Shown in pieces: positions 39,501 through 46,960 of a DNA stretch of 64,000 nt. Position 1 is the first letter of the stretch, and each line of letters starts with the position of its first letter. The DNA is taken from NCBI GenBank assembly GCA_964647565.1, contig CAZYIM010000007.1:1-64000 (forward strand), written 5' to 3'. The notes beneath the pieces were generated by a model that saw nothing but the letters and a program-made list of their open reading frames with translations, searched no databases and had not been told where the DNA came from. This stretch comes from an uncultured Methanosarcinales archaeon (lineage in GTDB: Archaea; Nanobdellota; Nanobdellia; Woesearchaeales; CAZYIM01). The position numbers were made by a program, and so were the translations under genes.

Positions 39501-41612
39501 GACATCAAGATTGCTGACCTGGAAGAAAGCTGTCCCTGTATCAACACTACCCTCATCATCTGTAACCTCTACTTCTGCTTCATAGAATCCTGAAGTCAGG
39601 CTTAAAGGTTCCAAGGAGAGATTGATCACTGGTTTTCCCTTGCTTCCTGTTGTTGCATTGACTACTGCATGTCCAGTAGAGGTAACATTCATACCCTCTT
39701 CGCTCACACTGTAGGTGGTGCCTGTTATTATATTGGTCAGACCAGTCAATTCGACTGTCAACTTGGAAGCAGCAACCTGCTGCCAGGCATCATTCATAAC
39801 ATTGACATGGAAATAGGCATTTGAATCAGAGGCAAACCTCCAAGCCCAATCCCAATTGGCACCTGTTTTTTTCTTGGTCTCAACCCAGATATCATACTTC
39901 TGGACGCAGACTTGCTCTTGAGTATAAGAGGTTCCATTGGCAGTCTCAACTTTCATTGTACAGACATAGCATCCACCGTCAGACGGCGCACTCATGTTTA
40001 CACTTGAACCGTTATTTGTGGCATCACCACCACTAAGCATATCATCTGTAACATCATTGCCGTCGCCGTCAACACAGCCTTCGACAGTGACCCTGTCTAC
40101 AGAAGTCTCAAAGTTGCTTGACAGCCAGGCCTCAGTATCAAAGGTAAGGCTCTCGCCTGAGCGGACCTTCCATTTCATGTTCTCAAACCTGTCTTTTACA
40201 GATGCGGTCGAGAAAACACTCTGGACTGTGATGTAGACAGTACCAGTTATGTAAGAGGTTGTTGTATTGACTCTTATCTTCAATTCATAGGTTCCACCAG
40301 TATTTGGCGTCACGAAATTGAGGAATTTGGTAAAGCCCTCGATTGTACTATCCGCCATGGTGCCAGTTGTGGGCAGATCTGCCAGGCAGTCCTTGCCGTC
40401 CTTCTTGCAGGATATGATATCTGCGTCTGTTATCTGGCTGCTGACATAGGAGTCGCCTGTTGCCAGATCAACTACATTGATGCCTACTGTAACATTATCA
40501 TTCTTGAGAAAAGCTGTGATATCCTTATTTGCGAATATTGGTTCCAGTTCAAGATCAAGGCTATTGATAATCATGAATTTCTTCTGGGTCACAGACTGCG
40601 TCTTTGTGGCTGTGACTTCAACATAATAATTTCCGCTCTGCACTGAATTAAGCTTGTATGGCGTTGAGGTATAGACGCCATCGCTCTCAGTGAAATCAGA
40701 AGCACTAAAAGTATGCTGGGTTGTTCCTGAAGTATCTTCATTGTTGGACTTTAGTTGTGCAGAAATCTGGACACCAGAAACAGGTACAACGTTTCCGCCT
40801 GAACTCTCTTTTGTGATAATTACTTTTACGCTGACATTGTTAGCTGTGCTGAACTTATTGGTCTTAACATTCTTATCATTCAATAGGATGACATCAACAT
40901 TGAAGTAAGGAACCTTGAACATTGCCATGGACTTGCCGTTCTTGACATCAACCAGGTATTCACCATAGGCTGCAGCCTCATCTGGTACAGTGTAGATCAC
41001 AGTTGCAGTACCATTGGTTGTTGTTAAGCCTGGCTGGTCAATGACTGGCGTTCCGTCTTCCCTGAAAACTATCAGAGGAACCTCTGCACCATCTGCAGGT
41101 GTCTTAGTGCCATTGGCATCAATATCATAGACCTCTATTGTTATGGTGACATTGTCACCGATGTCATAGATATATTGATCAGTGTAAACTTGGTATTCTC
41201 TTTCTCCCTCAACAAAGAAGAAGGCAAAGCCCATTGTGGGCGGCATGGGGGGTATAGCGTTGCTCAGAAGTTGTACGATAGCAGTATATTGTCCAGAGGT
41301 GCTCGTACCAGTGAAATTGTCTGAGGTGAACTTACCTTCAGCGTCTGTAAGCAGGGTGCCCTGCGCATTGACAGTCGTGCTTGAACCCGCCGGATTGCGG
41401 ATAACAACAGATATATTACGATTCGCCAGAGGGCTGCCGCTACTGTCTAAGGCTAATCCTCCAACTGTGACAATGTCATCTGTCTGGAAGTGCATGGTCG
41501 GATTGATGTTGACCTGCACGCTGTCTGCCATTACATAACTTCCTGCCAGTACAAAAACAATGCACAACAGAAACATGGTTTTGTTTAACAAATTGTTTGC
41601 TCTATACCTCAT
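27516..41612 (-). CDS. 4698-aa giant secreted protein (macroglobulin-like domains, Cys-rich/DUF4215, DUF11-like, beta-propeller, S-layer-like C-terminus)
   Basis: Signal peptide; repeated TDQYIY.IGD.V and PDRPDYKPGDTV motifs; CGD...EECDD...GDGC repeats; QT.DGG.I..G...D.WL.KTD repeats; GAGGTG RBS. Confidence 0.9.
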   Translation of the reverse strand: MRYRANNLLNKTMFLLCIVFVLAGSYVMADSVQVNINPTMHFQTDDIVTVGGLALDSSGSPLANRNISVVIRNPAGSSTTVNAQGTLLTDAEGKFTSDNFTGTSTSGQYTAIVQLLSNAIPPMPPTMGFAFFFVEGEREYQVYTDQYIYDIGDNVTITIEVYDIDANGTKTPADGAEVPLIVFREDGTPVIDQPGLTTTNGTATVIYTVPDEAAAYGEYLVDVKNGKSMAMFKVPYFNVDVILLNDKNVKTNKFSTANNVSVKVIITKESSGGNVVPVSGVQISAQLKSNNEDTSGTTQHTFSASDFTESDGVYTSTPYKLNSVQSGNYYVEVTATKTQSVTQKKFMIINSLDLELEPIFANKDITAFLKNDNVTVGINVVDLATGDSYVSSQITDADIISCKKDGKDCLADLPTTGTMADSTIEGFTKFLNFVTPNTGGTYELKIRVNTTTSYITGTVYITVQSVFSTASVKDRFENMKWKVRSGESLTFDTEAWLSSNFETSVDRVTVEGCVDGDGNDVTDDMLSGGDATNNGSSVNMSAPSDGGCYVCTMKVETANGTSYTQEQVCVQKYDIWVETKKKTGANWDWAWRFASDSNAYFHVNVMNDAWQQVAASKLTVELTGLTNIITGTTYSVSEEGMNVTSTGHAVVNATTGSKGKPVINLSLEPLSLTSGFYEAEVEVTDDEGSVDTGTAFFQVSNLDVFVDTQRSGSSAFVFKPTDTVQLSVTANFFNGTPVPNGSNVTVDKLLFISGKSPKVISTDKYTATTNTTAGGQTVVTVKPKSGQSLKKGDYLVFVKVDTGSVEEIREAWFMVKSFFVYAYTMPFYYAQPSVPTTIYGFVFDPDFNLIPNINISFEGFYDTQNFDLVEQIGASPTTTNAWGSFELNVNSTPAIEDVYVYVIDAFNPNTGEAEEYIDYLQIQKFSSLSCSFVDSDQSTVSPSSSVQYKITITNTDGTGVADQNVSITKFTDLESWTDKVATTTSSGTTNADGVATITVTAPSSIGRYRPIPSVNGEELSSDSYSAGMWPCELGVYQTEVEVQLQDSNGAQTTQFVPESNISVNFLLSNPGGGAVDMNELKLVQYTCLSPQCKVASPPPWVSELGAKKTSDFDTTNILRFTAPSKKGKYMLVTQAKDTDNNIKSIPVTFEIVGATFDYDVWLRTYGIDLGQTLVFGVNTGGDIKINVTGLTNIDTGQAVNIAGTEQSFSEGQEQNYTYDLSGLTQSGTFDVELCIYTGATCTNTSDQRVYTFNVYNNVFPWGRPFNPMGGYASGDTISLEVKLENNVGGAIAVADGDVYLQHIWNGPTDLASEFTVAVGDSPNAGWKLVNLTGFALDPGGYEAEVAIEYLGVNYTAMIHFYVKQYDLDLITSDGSSMDSPDFQPPRYSTGDNVDFNISGPADTDGKLYIFDADGWVRLDGLTADFTTDGTGFHQETMVFADGGPYVAIAAIPDLDSPMHVEAHYPFDIKSGFDVFFNWENMHTFIGNGENLTLEFTVYDVDGNPLNGGEINVTILQYFNPMNWNVLNDSVGITANDLVIGGDGVVSFSFNPQVALGEYEAEVAFNIGSNQVIRHVWFRISAGDFWAWPDRPDYKPGDTVNLFVNARNPDGSGISGQTMELEYVEWGNQTIDVSYLTTTTDTTDANGEAQLAFTIPPHLKGSFRAILNWTDQNEIRTVTVSSSSLWVDIYEITPWPYAAGDTLSLEVYVKEDDGTPVSGMSVNYTVRSESDNWNDIANGSAGDTDADGKATINYDLPADANGFYDLEIDIGNGAVTRWWGVMVSPFDVWMNVWGEVTGEDATYGDWELPTTANVVVSVDVNYQNGSAIAGANVTLIDVWQIGHNGPGTSVMSDITGITTDTSTDANGLAELRFGIANLTAGKDYDMEVQIQNGASTTMMRRWFRITATSWAVELTADPTLNDTSNYDVDSKGPGDLVFVSINVTGYDNKSELCLDRVQSLRDWRTHWIGQCLDYDALEAVSGAFTLNFSAPMDSGEYEAIVELRKQGDWGGWYPEKEKWLWFEVLGGAEADYQFDAWTENWNLWTGQNATVNVEIWNRQSWFNENETAICGNIEIAEIRDSETWDVVKTSGDLTQWLEYPTDPWGPPMTMLKWVVPSDLEAKEYMAKVWCEDLNIFRDTWFNIASFQPAMLMPENIMANQNVSFWLKVTYYNGSPLFNASVEWIELRNIWAGHMVERTFNLTGYTDANGEYIGEFQAPGHPSEYELVLEVSDGVDTQKIQRWFRIKGLNVDVDIDGQKKVLYQGDDATITVIASDALTGSPIDNARVELELRRHWFEGGAAQEEEEVNCSEKNTTVQCMPEEGCWWEEPNCLFLDSQCANYDGNEPECMNQEGWCWYDYGMDECHAVKTGGGFGGGGGGIREEKHTNYNGVATFDFSGENALKKGEYEVMVNVDAHEKGWFWTHKNFIVRKFNLTLNTGQLGFFPGDEIPVTITAFYTNGSPVGNEYAVSASLEESKFANMEEEMACMSKWSQDACNSTPGCSWEDHMMDGPEQGSPDCEPGGFCETDCSGCPGGSPCAVDCDTRCNECGGPEGTPDNTAPPSGGGGGSGGMCFLTDVMLDELPDVVAFDNGTVEFNLTIPLNASPGPVMLITDILDPNNCWFDEEHNGTECKMIEFLDGMILIYENGSSAFLTTVDNPIVQANEFVSININTSPANAAAYAIAPFAQHMRQSNGVVSMQEMMGGGPESGKEDFYGGETYLNPNIGGLTHFMVLARNRPGEYLTMVPIQDKGSGFMFNANFENMLALEYEVNSSAGECMRNTDCNDDDNSTWDVCVLMECVHNNVSAVSCTSDFECSNNASMGLYGICNWQGNCENVTGNCAEDSDCDDSNANTYDFCEHYECRSENATALECTQAANCLDTPPDHTAFCEAGRCVYLPDDHIGCSSDSDCAQGEWCDQMDHQCHSDMGGNCDCQTSANCTATPFGEDTIAECWCNCEYYDSSNIAWLYNWNKSSDAFGNWSAGVNWGWDGNEGADEAKPFGGSPGGDITTAYVANDSSYIYVQMETGGFEWHGGIPYCGGSYPSTDRGQINGQRYVVFYDTVPGGTCDATGADYKYEVRFRQSASYVNGTLYGCSAGVWQVVNASPSQANYSVVCDFGTIDFKVDKSLMAFNDPEQILLGVYMTNWTAYYSSWTMDWCDQNGCNPVNYYAANLSSTVDLVPNSGWQYTNDTGGWVPVMGGPGPGHEDVCGDSAITGGEECDDGDSPPESGDGCDSVCHEESGWTCTGEPSVCTEDAPSGGSGQNISVIKTKVMPNGMPWVNETIKFEINITNTGNTTFVGVPLEDTFNTSCLNYSWASPAPDTVDLANELLQWTDLTTNFGVNLTSGQSFIVLVNITANCSANNVTNMAWVDDPENATDYTGLWAEDTTMFDILTCGNANWTCDQWSMCLNGNQTCVGGWTDSNSCGGSYVGQNWMACAAPPTIEMNETYGGPWIDRGQALKQTPDGGYILAGESTSFPGTDYNFWLVKTDAAGNILWNSSIGGAANDRDAFGVTNTSDGGYAIVGYTESYGVDPPDELWIVKTNGSGIVLWNQSYGKLFPDAGYDIQETPDGGLIVAGYLRVDSTNVNDFWLLKTDENGTPLWNQTYGGTNNDIARALDQTSDGGFIMVGSTNSYGAGNDDIWLIKANSTGGHEWNYTFGGSNNDWGYDVQETSDNGFIISGYTTSYAAYGGSDFWLIKTDENGTHLWNVSIGTAGNEFGSYGIGQTSSGGFVLVGFSDSVLGAGSEDLLIVQTNSTGEVEWGLLWGYVPTENGYDVIVAEDNSVVIVGNTDSLGAGNEDFWLVKFSNGSAPSVPDVCGDGSPTGSEVCDDSNTVTETCGDGTIHSGSYCNNDCTAVLNLNEECDDSNTDNGDGCDSVCLNEAPQGPPVSTSGFLLNPQFRNFTISDETEFNATRSGIGLHQWMNNASLINLYCYTTDTTGSCDPVVDQPNVLHLMGSNDEELLGVIEQGVKLRSDCTYYNLTFEGRAGVDNTILVHVHNTTMGTLFNETATILNATGAAYGVYTFNMTQFNNYPGQTMMIEIWNTLDSNVWSHIRNLSLNAVCGQPAVTSAAWNLDVPLGTQLRDPGMFGSIVNNQDISEMIETVMNININGVNNDYNFSEDLVLNPGIAVETGLTFLPSDAWQERVFIPITVADLYYNPHFDDGLQNGNYISNTSPTEFILLPFLGKTLKIVGAPSDDSVTVELDNGSTKTYSHNDAFMGEDVTNPIWTWVLSGLDTQYMTLGTRWFLDVDDPDETENPAIQHPLYVGEEACTPGNYLCIKFDGLSSTDIITYDFEMSTQDLYALPGNPSPDVSSAKVLRFESVSNGNVGLIVGGKTTDEAYLYSDGSSLDIYYRDVGTSKAVFHRSLTTNADAVFFIDTGVTSIPIDIHWDTTNDNGTFIIVDSDQDIFLYFEEDPSNPGEFNYFGHSTSRTSITDDVLYGTRDISAWNQSTRTKDGHAIWTPWNWADTDRVRLNISVPVVNSYTLYTVDTVVESLYANGLDGSPLHAGESSLRISSNTTNTGISINGTITDKVYLYSSNFSIDVFYWDSVNNKAVFVTSLPTGGSNLFFLDPANMNLGVDVAWDPANDNGNISLPGGFETLDIYFEANTTWPARTRIDYFGHSPADTTTTNDIIYDTVDVSDWENDLPLDNGVILLDPLADQAADQCQLRVPADPTNFWADVSLYMNSTGGVW

Positions 41613-41737
41613 TTTTCAGAACACCTCTTACTAGTTGGACTATCAATTTTTCAGAAAATCTATTGATTATAATATTACTATTAACCATAATCTCTATCTC
41701 CCTCTAATCATATTTACTTTACCTTCCCTCTTACTAT

Positions 41738-41777
41738 CTAAGTATGTACTTAGCCATATTTATCCATACTTATAAAG
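41738..41777 (-). promoter_or_regulatory. Promoter and palindromic operator candidate of the giant-protein operon
   Basis: tttataa (minus strand) at 41770-41776; CTAAGTA-tg-TACTTAG at 41738-41753. Confidence 0.5.
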
Positions 41778-41910
41778 ATTTGTCTTAATTCAGGAGTTAT
41801 AACTGCCATTTTTTCAGAAATTGTTTTTCATGTGGATAAAAACCATTAAAAAAATACAAAAAAAATAGCCGTTTAACCATTTAGAAATGATGAAAAAGAA
41901 ATAGTTATTG

Positions 41911-42285
41911 TTATTGTCGTTTTCCTACACTCTTAAACTCTAAGAATTGATATAGATGGTTATTTTCTAAATTATCAAAAGTGTCTAGTTCAAGATGTCC
42001 AATATCATCCAGATCTCCGTTGTAAATAAGGAGTTTCCTCCTGGTATCAATAATGACCTCTTTAGGATTCCCACCTAGAAATTCTGTCCTATGTTCATAA
42101 GGAAGCAACTCTTTAGCAGTCTTCCTAAACCATTCTTTATATTGATATATTGTTGGTTTTGGAGTTTCATCCAGAAAATCCGATAACCTTTGGATTACAT
42201 CATATACTTTGCCACCGTCATGAGTGGTCGAACCATACAACGTATCTTTACCGATTCTTAGTTCAAGATTGCCTATAGTAGCCAT
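41911..42285 (-). CDS. Hypothetical protein
   Basis: ORF with a TATA box about 25 nt upstream. Confidence 0.65.
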   Translation of the reverse strand: MATIGNLELRIGKDTLYGSTTHDGGKVYDVIQRLSDFLDETPKPTIYQYKEWFRKTAKELLPYEHRTEFLGGNPKEVIIDTRRKLLIYNGDLDDIGHLELDTFDNLENNHLYQFLEFKSVGKRQ

Positions 42286-42392
42286 ATTAAAAAGGTAACT
42301 CTAAGTAGTATATAAATATTAGGATATTCCACTAGAAAAACGACTGAAAAACAACCAGCCACTACACAGATAATACCTTAGAATAATAAACC

Positions 42393-42582
42393 AATCCCTG
42401 GCGGCAGACGATGCAATAGAAAGTTATCAATCCAGCCATTCATGGCGGCCAGACGGTCGTGCTTTGCACGCCCTGTAGGGGGTGTCTGTAGCACTTAGAA
42501 AAGCTTCATTTTTCTGGTGTCCCAGAAAGCTTTGTTTTCTAAGGAGAACAACCCACCCTCCTATCTGCGCCATGTCTGGATT
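42393..42582. ncRNA. Unidentified structured non-coding element
   Basis: About 51% GC intergenic island with nested helices 42429-35/42576-82, 42441-47/42568-74 and 42480-84/42554-58, plus a hairpin at 42458-70. Confidence 0.5.
42491..42544. repeat. Double REP-like palindrome
   Basis: gcac-tt-agaaaa...ttttct-ggtgt immediately followed by cccagaaag...ttttctaagg. Confidence 0.65.
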
Positions 42583-42637
42583 TCAAACTAATAGCCACAC
42601 ATTAAAAAAGAAATAATCTATCTCCATACCCTACTAC

Positions 42638-45600
42638 TTACTTAAACAGCTTCTTGATCTGCTTCTTGGACCAGCCCTTGGCCTTCAAAGCCTTGCTGAT
42701 GTCTTTCTTAGAATATCCCTTGTCAAGTTGATGCGCTACGAACTTCTCCAGCTCCTTCCTCTTAGCATCTGTCAAACCGACTTTAGCCTCTTTCTTGGCG
42801 TCTTTCTTAGTCTCTTTCTTAGTCTCTTTCTTCTTTTCTATCTTCTTCTCTTCTTTCTTATGTTTTTTCTTGCCTTTCTTTTCTGCTTTGTCAGCCTTAT
42901 CAGGAGGAGGAGCCTTTTTGACATCCTTAGCCTCTGCTTTCTTGAGTTTCTTGGCAGATGTATGCAGAATGTCATCCACAACCTTAGCTTTCCATCCTTT
43001 GGCCACCAAAACATCTCTTATATGGGCGTGGTCGTGACCTTTCTCCATCTGGTGCTCAATAAAGGATTCAAGCTGTTTAATCTTGTTGTGAGGCATATGC
43101 ACATTATGCTCAATTAACTCTTTCTCATCAATCTTGAACTTCTTTTTATTCTGCCTAGCAGTAGCTAAGATCATCCACCATCCTACGATCAGCATGACCA
43201 ATAATAGCACAAGCCATGGCCATAGCTCCTTGATCTTCTTGATAAAGACAGGAGGTACTGGCGGTTCAATTACATCATCACTTGGTCCACATAGGGAAGG
43301 CATGCCTGTACAACGCCAACCTGCCTCAATTGCGCATGCATCTGAGCAGCCATCTCCAGTCACCAAGTTGCCATCATCGCACTCTTCTCCTTCGCTGAGT
43401 ATACCATCTCCGCAAACCAATAATGGAGCCACTACTTCTTTGGTCTTGAGGCCGATTGCATAGTAGCTCAAGGCTTCTGAAGTTGCCATATAGTAGTAGA
43501 ATGTATCATCTTCATCTACTAATGTAGTTGGCAATATATTCCATTTATTATCCTCAAACCTATAGAGCACTACATCTCCAGGTTCTGCTGCATATGAGCT
43601 CACCCAGACCTTTGCAACCTTGAAATATATCTTGGCAGATGAGATCTGGTCATCATCAAGGTTATCTTTTGTGATCTCAAGGTATTTGTAAGCCTTGTTA
43701 GCTTCAACATCAACTGGCGAAGCATCAAGCAGTGTGACAGTGATCTTGACATTTCTGGCCACCTTCTCGAAGACCACATCAATCTTGCTCACTGCCTTAT
43801 TAGGATCAGTGACATCAAGGCTCTTGGTCTCTCCAGCCCTGACCAGGGTCCATACGTCTGGATCCGTGGCAGCACTACTTCCGCCACCACCTACAGTATC
43901 AGGTTCAATATATATACAAGCCCTGTTGTTGCCGCCGCCATAAACAGCACCGCAGCTGTTGGCATCTGTCCATCCAGTACAGCTTTGTATTCCATTTGAT
44001 TGACAAGTATTCCATCCATCACAGGACCATGAAGGCGTACATGTTGAGTTAGTCTGGCTAAGAGCTGTATGGTTCAGACCCTCAACTACAAACTTGTTGA
44101 TATCAGCATCATAGTTACAGATGTACTGTCCGAAATATGTTGCGCCGTCGCAAGGTATTATCATTTCTTCAGTTCCATTACATAGGGAAGATATCTCGCT
44201 GACAGAGGCAACCGGCTTATCCTTGACACAGACCTTCTGCTTAGATGCGTCGATCCTGGTTATCCTTACTGTCTTGGTCTCTGACTGTCCAGTCAGGTTG
44301 ATACCTGTTATCACAACCACAGACACACCTTCTCCTGTATCTGGGTCAACTACGATCTCTTCGTTGATTGTGACATTTGAAAGGTCCAGTTTGGTTGTAT
44401 TTGCGAAAGTGAAGTTGAACTCAACAATTGGAACAGCCTCAGTCTGGTTAGTGGTCTCATTGATGACATTGGCCATGAACTCTATCTTTTTCTCACCAGC
44501 AAACTCCTGGCTTGTGTTGGTTGAGTTCTCAACCCTGAATGTCAGGTTATCGATATTGGTGTCCACAAAGCTGACATTACCTAAGAGGAAGTCAACAGAT
44601 TCGTTGATCGGATCATTATCAAAGTCAGCTCCCTGGTCTTCGTCGCAAGCATCTCCAATTGTATCTAGATCAGTATCTGCCTGTCCAGCATTGGCCACAA
44701 ACTTACAGTTGTCAGCATAATCTGAGACACCGTCGCCGTCAGAGTCCCTGACATCAGTCGCAGTTAGGTTCCAGGTCTGGGTTGTAGTGTCAATACCATC
44801 AGTTACCTCAGCAATGATCGTGTAGGTTCCAGCAGATAGTGAGTCTGGCACCATGTTGAACCAGCCTCCTGTGCTGTTATAGGCAGTTGCATCTTCTCCC
44901 TTCCTTACAAACCACTGTGCCTGGGCAGTATTGTCGCCCTGCGCATCCGTAAAGGTTACACTGTAGTTGATGGTCTGGTCTTCTCTTATTGTTGTTGCCA
45001 GATCCTGAGTTGCAGCGGCTGCACCAACCTTGCTTGAGAAGTTGGTGATGACCGGAGCAGCATTGGTGTTGTTGATGAACGCATTGAAGGTCTCGCTGTC
45101 CCAGCTATTGCCGTCTGTTACATTGATTATGACATTGTTATGCCAGCCTATGGTCTCGCCGGAAGTGATCCTGACAGTTGCGCTTGCAACTGCATCGTTA
45201 GTTACAGTTAAGTTAGCCAGAGTACTAGCGCTCTGTACAGCAAATGTAAGGTTGGCGTCCTCTTCATCAACTGCGCTGACTGTGTAGGCATTGAGTGCAG
45301 TGTTGATGCCTGTCAGGCCGCCTATTGGATTAAGTACCGGTGCATCATTGACTGGATTGATGGTCAAGGCAAAGACATCGCTGTCAACACCGCCTCTTCC
45401 GTCGTATACACTCACTCTTATATTATAGGTGCCGTTCTGGTTGTTCACAGGTGTGAAGTTAATCACTCCCTGGCCATTAACAGTTGTGATCGTAAATAGT
45501 GTGCTATTGGTTCCAAAGGTCAATGGATCTCCATTGCCATCTGTTGCATTTGCAATGTGCACAAAGTTAGTATCCTCAGTTGCAGTCCTGTCTGCCACAG

Positions 45601-46804
45601 TTCCAATCACAGGAGCTACGTTGGCAGGTGTTGCATTCAAGGTGAAGACAGCATCGCTGTCATCCAAGGCCATAAAGCCGTTGTTGTCTGTTGCATACAC
45701 CCTGACTTCTGCATCAGTTGCATTGACATTTGGTATGGTCCATGCATATGTGCCATCATTGCTCTCATTCTGAGCAACCAATACCCAGCCAGTGCCATTG
45801 TAGAAGCGTATTATAATAGAGTCAGCTAATACGCCGCTTGGATCCGTAGCAGTCCAGAGGATATTCTGAGTTGAGTTGAAGACCCAGTGCTCTCCACCGT
45901 TTGGTGAGATCACTGCGACAGTAGGTCCTGAATTATCAATAGTAATATTCTCATTGGTTGATGATGCATTGCTGCCATCAGATGTAAAGGCAACTGCTCT
46001 TATATAATAGGTGCCATCAGCAATTCCTGCAGAGTTGAATGTATAGCTACTGTTGACAACAGTGTCAGTTCCAATGGTTGCCCAGCTCACATTGTCTGTT
46101 GAATACTGGAAGGTCACATTGATGACTGATGCGCCAGCAGTGTAGTTAGCTTCATAGTTGCCAAAGACAGTCTCATCATCTGCAGGCCTGGTTAACACAA
46201 TGAACACAGATCTTGCCACATCAAAACTTGATGAGCTTTCTGTCTTATATTGCCTGTGTACTCCGTTTCCAAATGCCTCTGCATAGAAATCAGCATTATA
46301 GTCGCCATTTATTGGTTCAGAAGAATTGAAGTTCCATACGATTGTAAATTTCAGTTCATCAAGGACAGCAGTTTCATATCCATATCCGTATCCTGTTCCA
46401 AAACTGGTATTCTGATATATATAGGGGCCTGTTCCATCGCTTGAATATCCATAGCCCCAACTTAGGCCTGAGCTGCCCATTGGAACATTGACTGGTGTGA
46501 TTACAAGGTTCTCACAGCCAGAGATGACTGTGCCATTAAAATAGAATGTGCAGGTCTTGTTGACAGGACCCACGATCTCAAGAGTCAAATTATTGACAGG
46601 CACCCTCTCACCATTTTCTATATTCATAGTGACATTCATGGTCAGAGAAGTGTCAGATGGTGTGACGCTTGAAGTGGAAAGATCTATAGTCAAGACAATG
46701 GCTTTTACAGGTCCAGAAATTAGAAGAAGGGTTATTACCAATAGAGTCACTGCAAGACTGATAATGCTTTTCTTGTTGATTATATGATGTTTTCTATCAC
46801 TCAA
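42638..46804 (-). CDS. 1388-aa membrane-anchored surface protein (cadherin-like/Ig, TSP3, PGF-pre-PGF, DUF4215, TM)
   Basis: TTG start behind an AGGTGAG RBS; PVNDAP repeats; DSDGDGV.D.ADNC; AYKYLEI...LSYYAIG; CGDG...EECDDGN; TM helix. Confidence 0.9.
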   Translation of the reverse strand: MSDRKHHIINKKSIISLAVTLLVITLLLISGPVKAIVLTIDLSTSSVTPSDTSLTMNVTMNIENGERVPVNNLTLEIVGPVNKTCTFYFNGTVISGCENLVITPVNVPMGSSGLSWGYGYSSDGTGPYIYQNTSFGTGYGYGYETAVLDELKFTIVWNFNSSEPINGDYNADFYAEAFGNGVHRQYKTESSSSFDVARSVFIVLTRPADDETVFGNYEANYTAGASVINVTFQYSTDNVSWATIGTDTVVNSSYTFNSAGIADGTYYIRAVAFTSDGSNASSTNENITIDNSGPTVAVISPNGGEHWVFNSTQNILWTATDPSGVLADSIIIRFYNGTGWVLVAQNESNDGTYAWTIPNVNATDAEVRVYATDNNGFMALDDSDAVFTLNATPANVAPVIGTVADRTATEDTNFVHIANATDGNGDPLTFGTNSTLFTITTVNGQGVINFTPVNNQNGTYNIRVSVYDGRGGVDSDVFALTINPVNDAPVLNPIGGLTGINTALNAYTVSAVDEEDANLTFAVQSASTLANLTVTNDAVASATVRITSGETIGWHNNVIINVTDGNSWDSETFNAFINNTNAAPVITNFSSKVGAAAATQDLATTIREDQTINYSVTFTDAQGDNTAQAQWFVRKGEDATAYNSTGGWFNMVPDSLSAGTYTIIAEVTDGIDTTTQTWNLTATDVRDSDGDGVSDYADNCKFVANAGQADTDLDTIGDACDEDQGADFDNDPINESVDFLLGNVSFVDTNIDNLTFRVENSTNTSQEFAGEKKIEFMANVINETTNQTEAVPIVEFNFTFANTTKLDLSNVTINEEIVVDPDTGEGVSVVVITGINLTGQSETKTVRITRIDASKQKVCVKDKPVASVSEISSLCNGTEEMIIPCDGATYFGQYICNYDADINKFVVEGLNHTALSQTNSTCTPSWSCDGWNTCQSNGIQSCTGWTDANSCGAVYGGGNNRACIYIEPDTVGGGGSSAATDPDVWTLVRAGETKSLDVTDPNKAVSKIDVVFEKVARNVKITVTLLDASPVDVEANKAYKYLEITKDNLDDDQISSAKIYFKVAKVWVSSYAAEPGDVVLYRFEDNKWNILPTTLVDEDDTFYYYMATSEALSYYAIGLKTKEVVAPLLVCGDGILSEGEECDDGNLVTGDGCSDACAIEAGWRCTGMPSLCGPSDDVIEPPVPPVFIKKIKELWPWLVLLLVMLIVGWWMILATARQNKKKFKIDEKELIEHNVHMPHNKIKQLESFIEHQMEKGHDHAHIRDVLVAKGWKAKVVDDILHTSAKKLKKAEAKDVKKAPPPDKADKAEKKGKKKHKKEEKKIEKKKETKKETKKDAKKEAKVGLTDAKRKELEKFVAHQLDKGYSKKDISKALKAKGWSKKQIKKLFK

Positions 46805-46960
46805 AAACTGCTCACCTACTTACTGAGGACACACCCCTTTTTTGACTAAATCTCTTTTTTTAACAGATCTGTTTTCCACTATTAAACTATAAATATTTTA
46901 TAAACTTTTCGATTTGGAAAAAATCTGTTTTTTACCAAAAAGTGAAGAACGATTGTCACA

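Noticed and set aside
27516..41612. Bona fide thioester alpha-2-macroglobulin
   Set aside because: No CxEQ motif or helical thioester domain was found; only the MG-like beta-domains resemble it.
42393..42582. RNase P RNA, SRP RNA or tRNA
   Set aside because: No GAGGAAAGUCC-type P4 strands, no intact SRP helix-8 motif (CAGG..GNRA..AGCA is only partly mimicked) and no cloverleaf or T-loop on either strand.
19616..46787. Numerous plus-strand ORFs of 60-200 aa within the surface-protein genes
   Set aside because: These are antisense shadows of long, codon-biased genes, with no RBS, promoter or recognisable motif.
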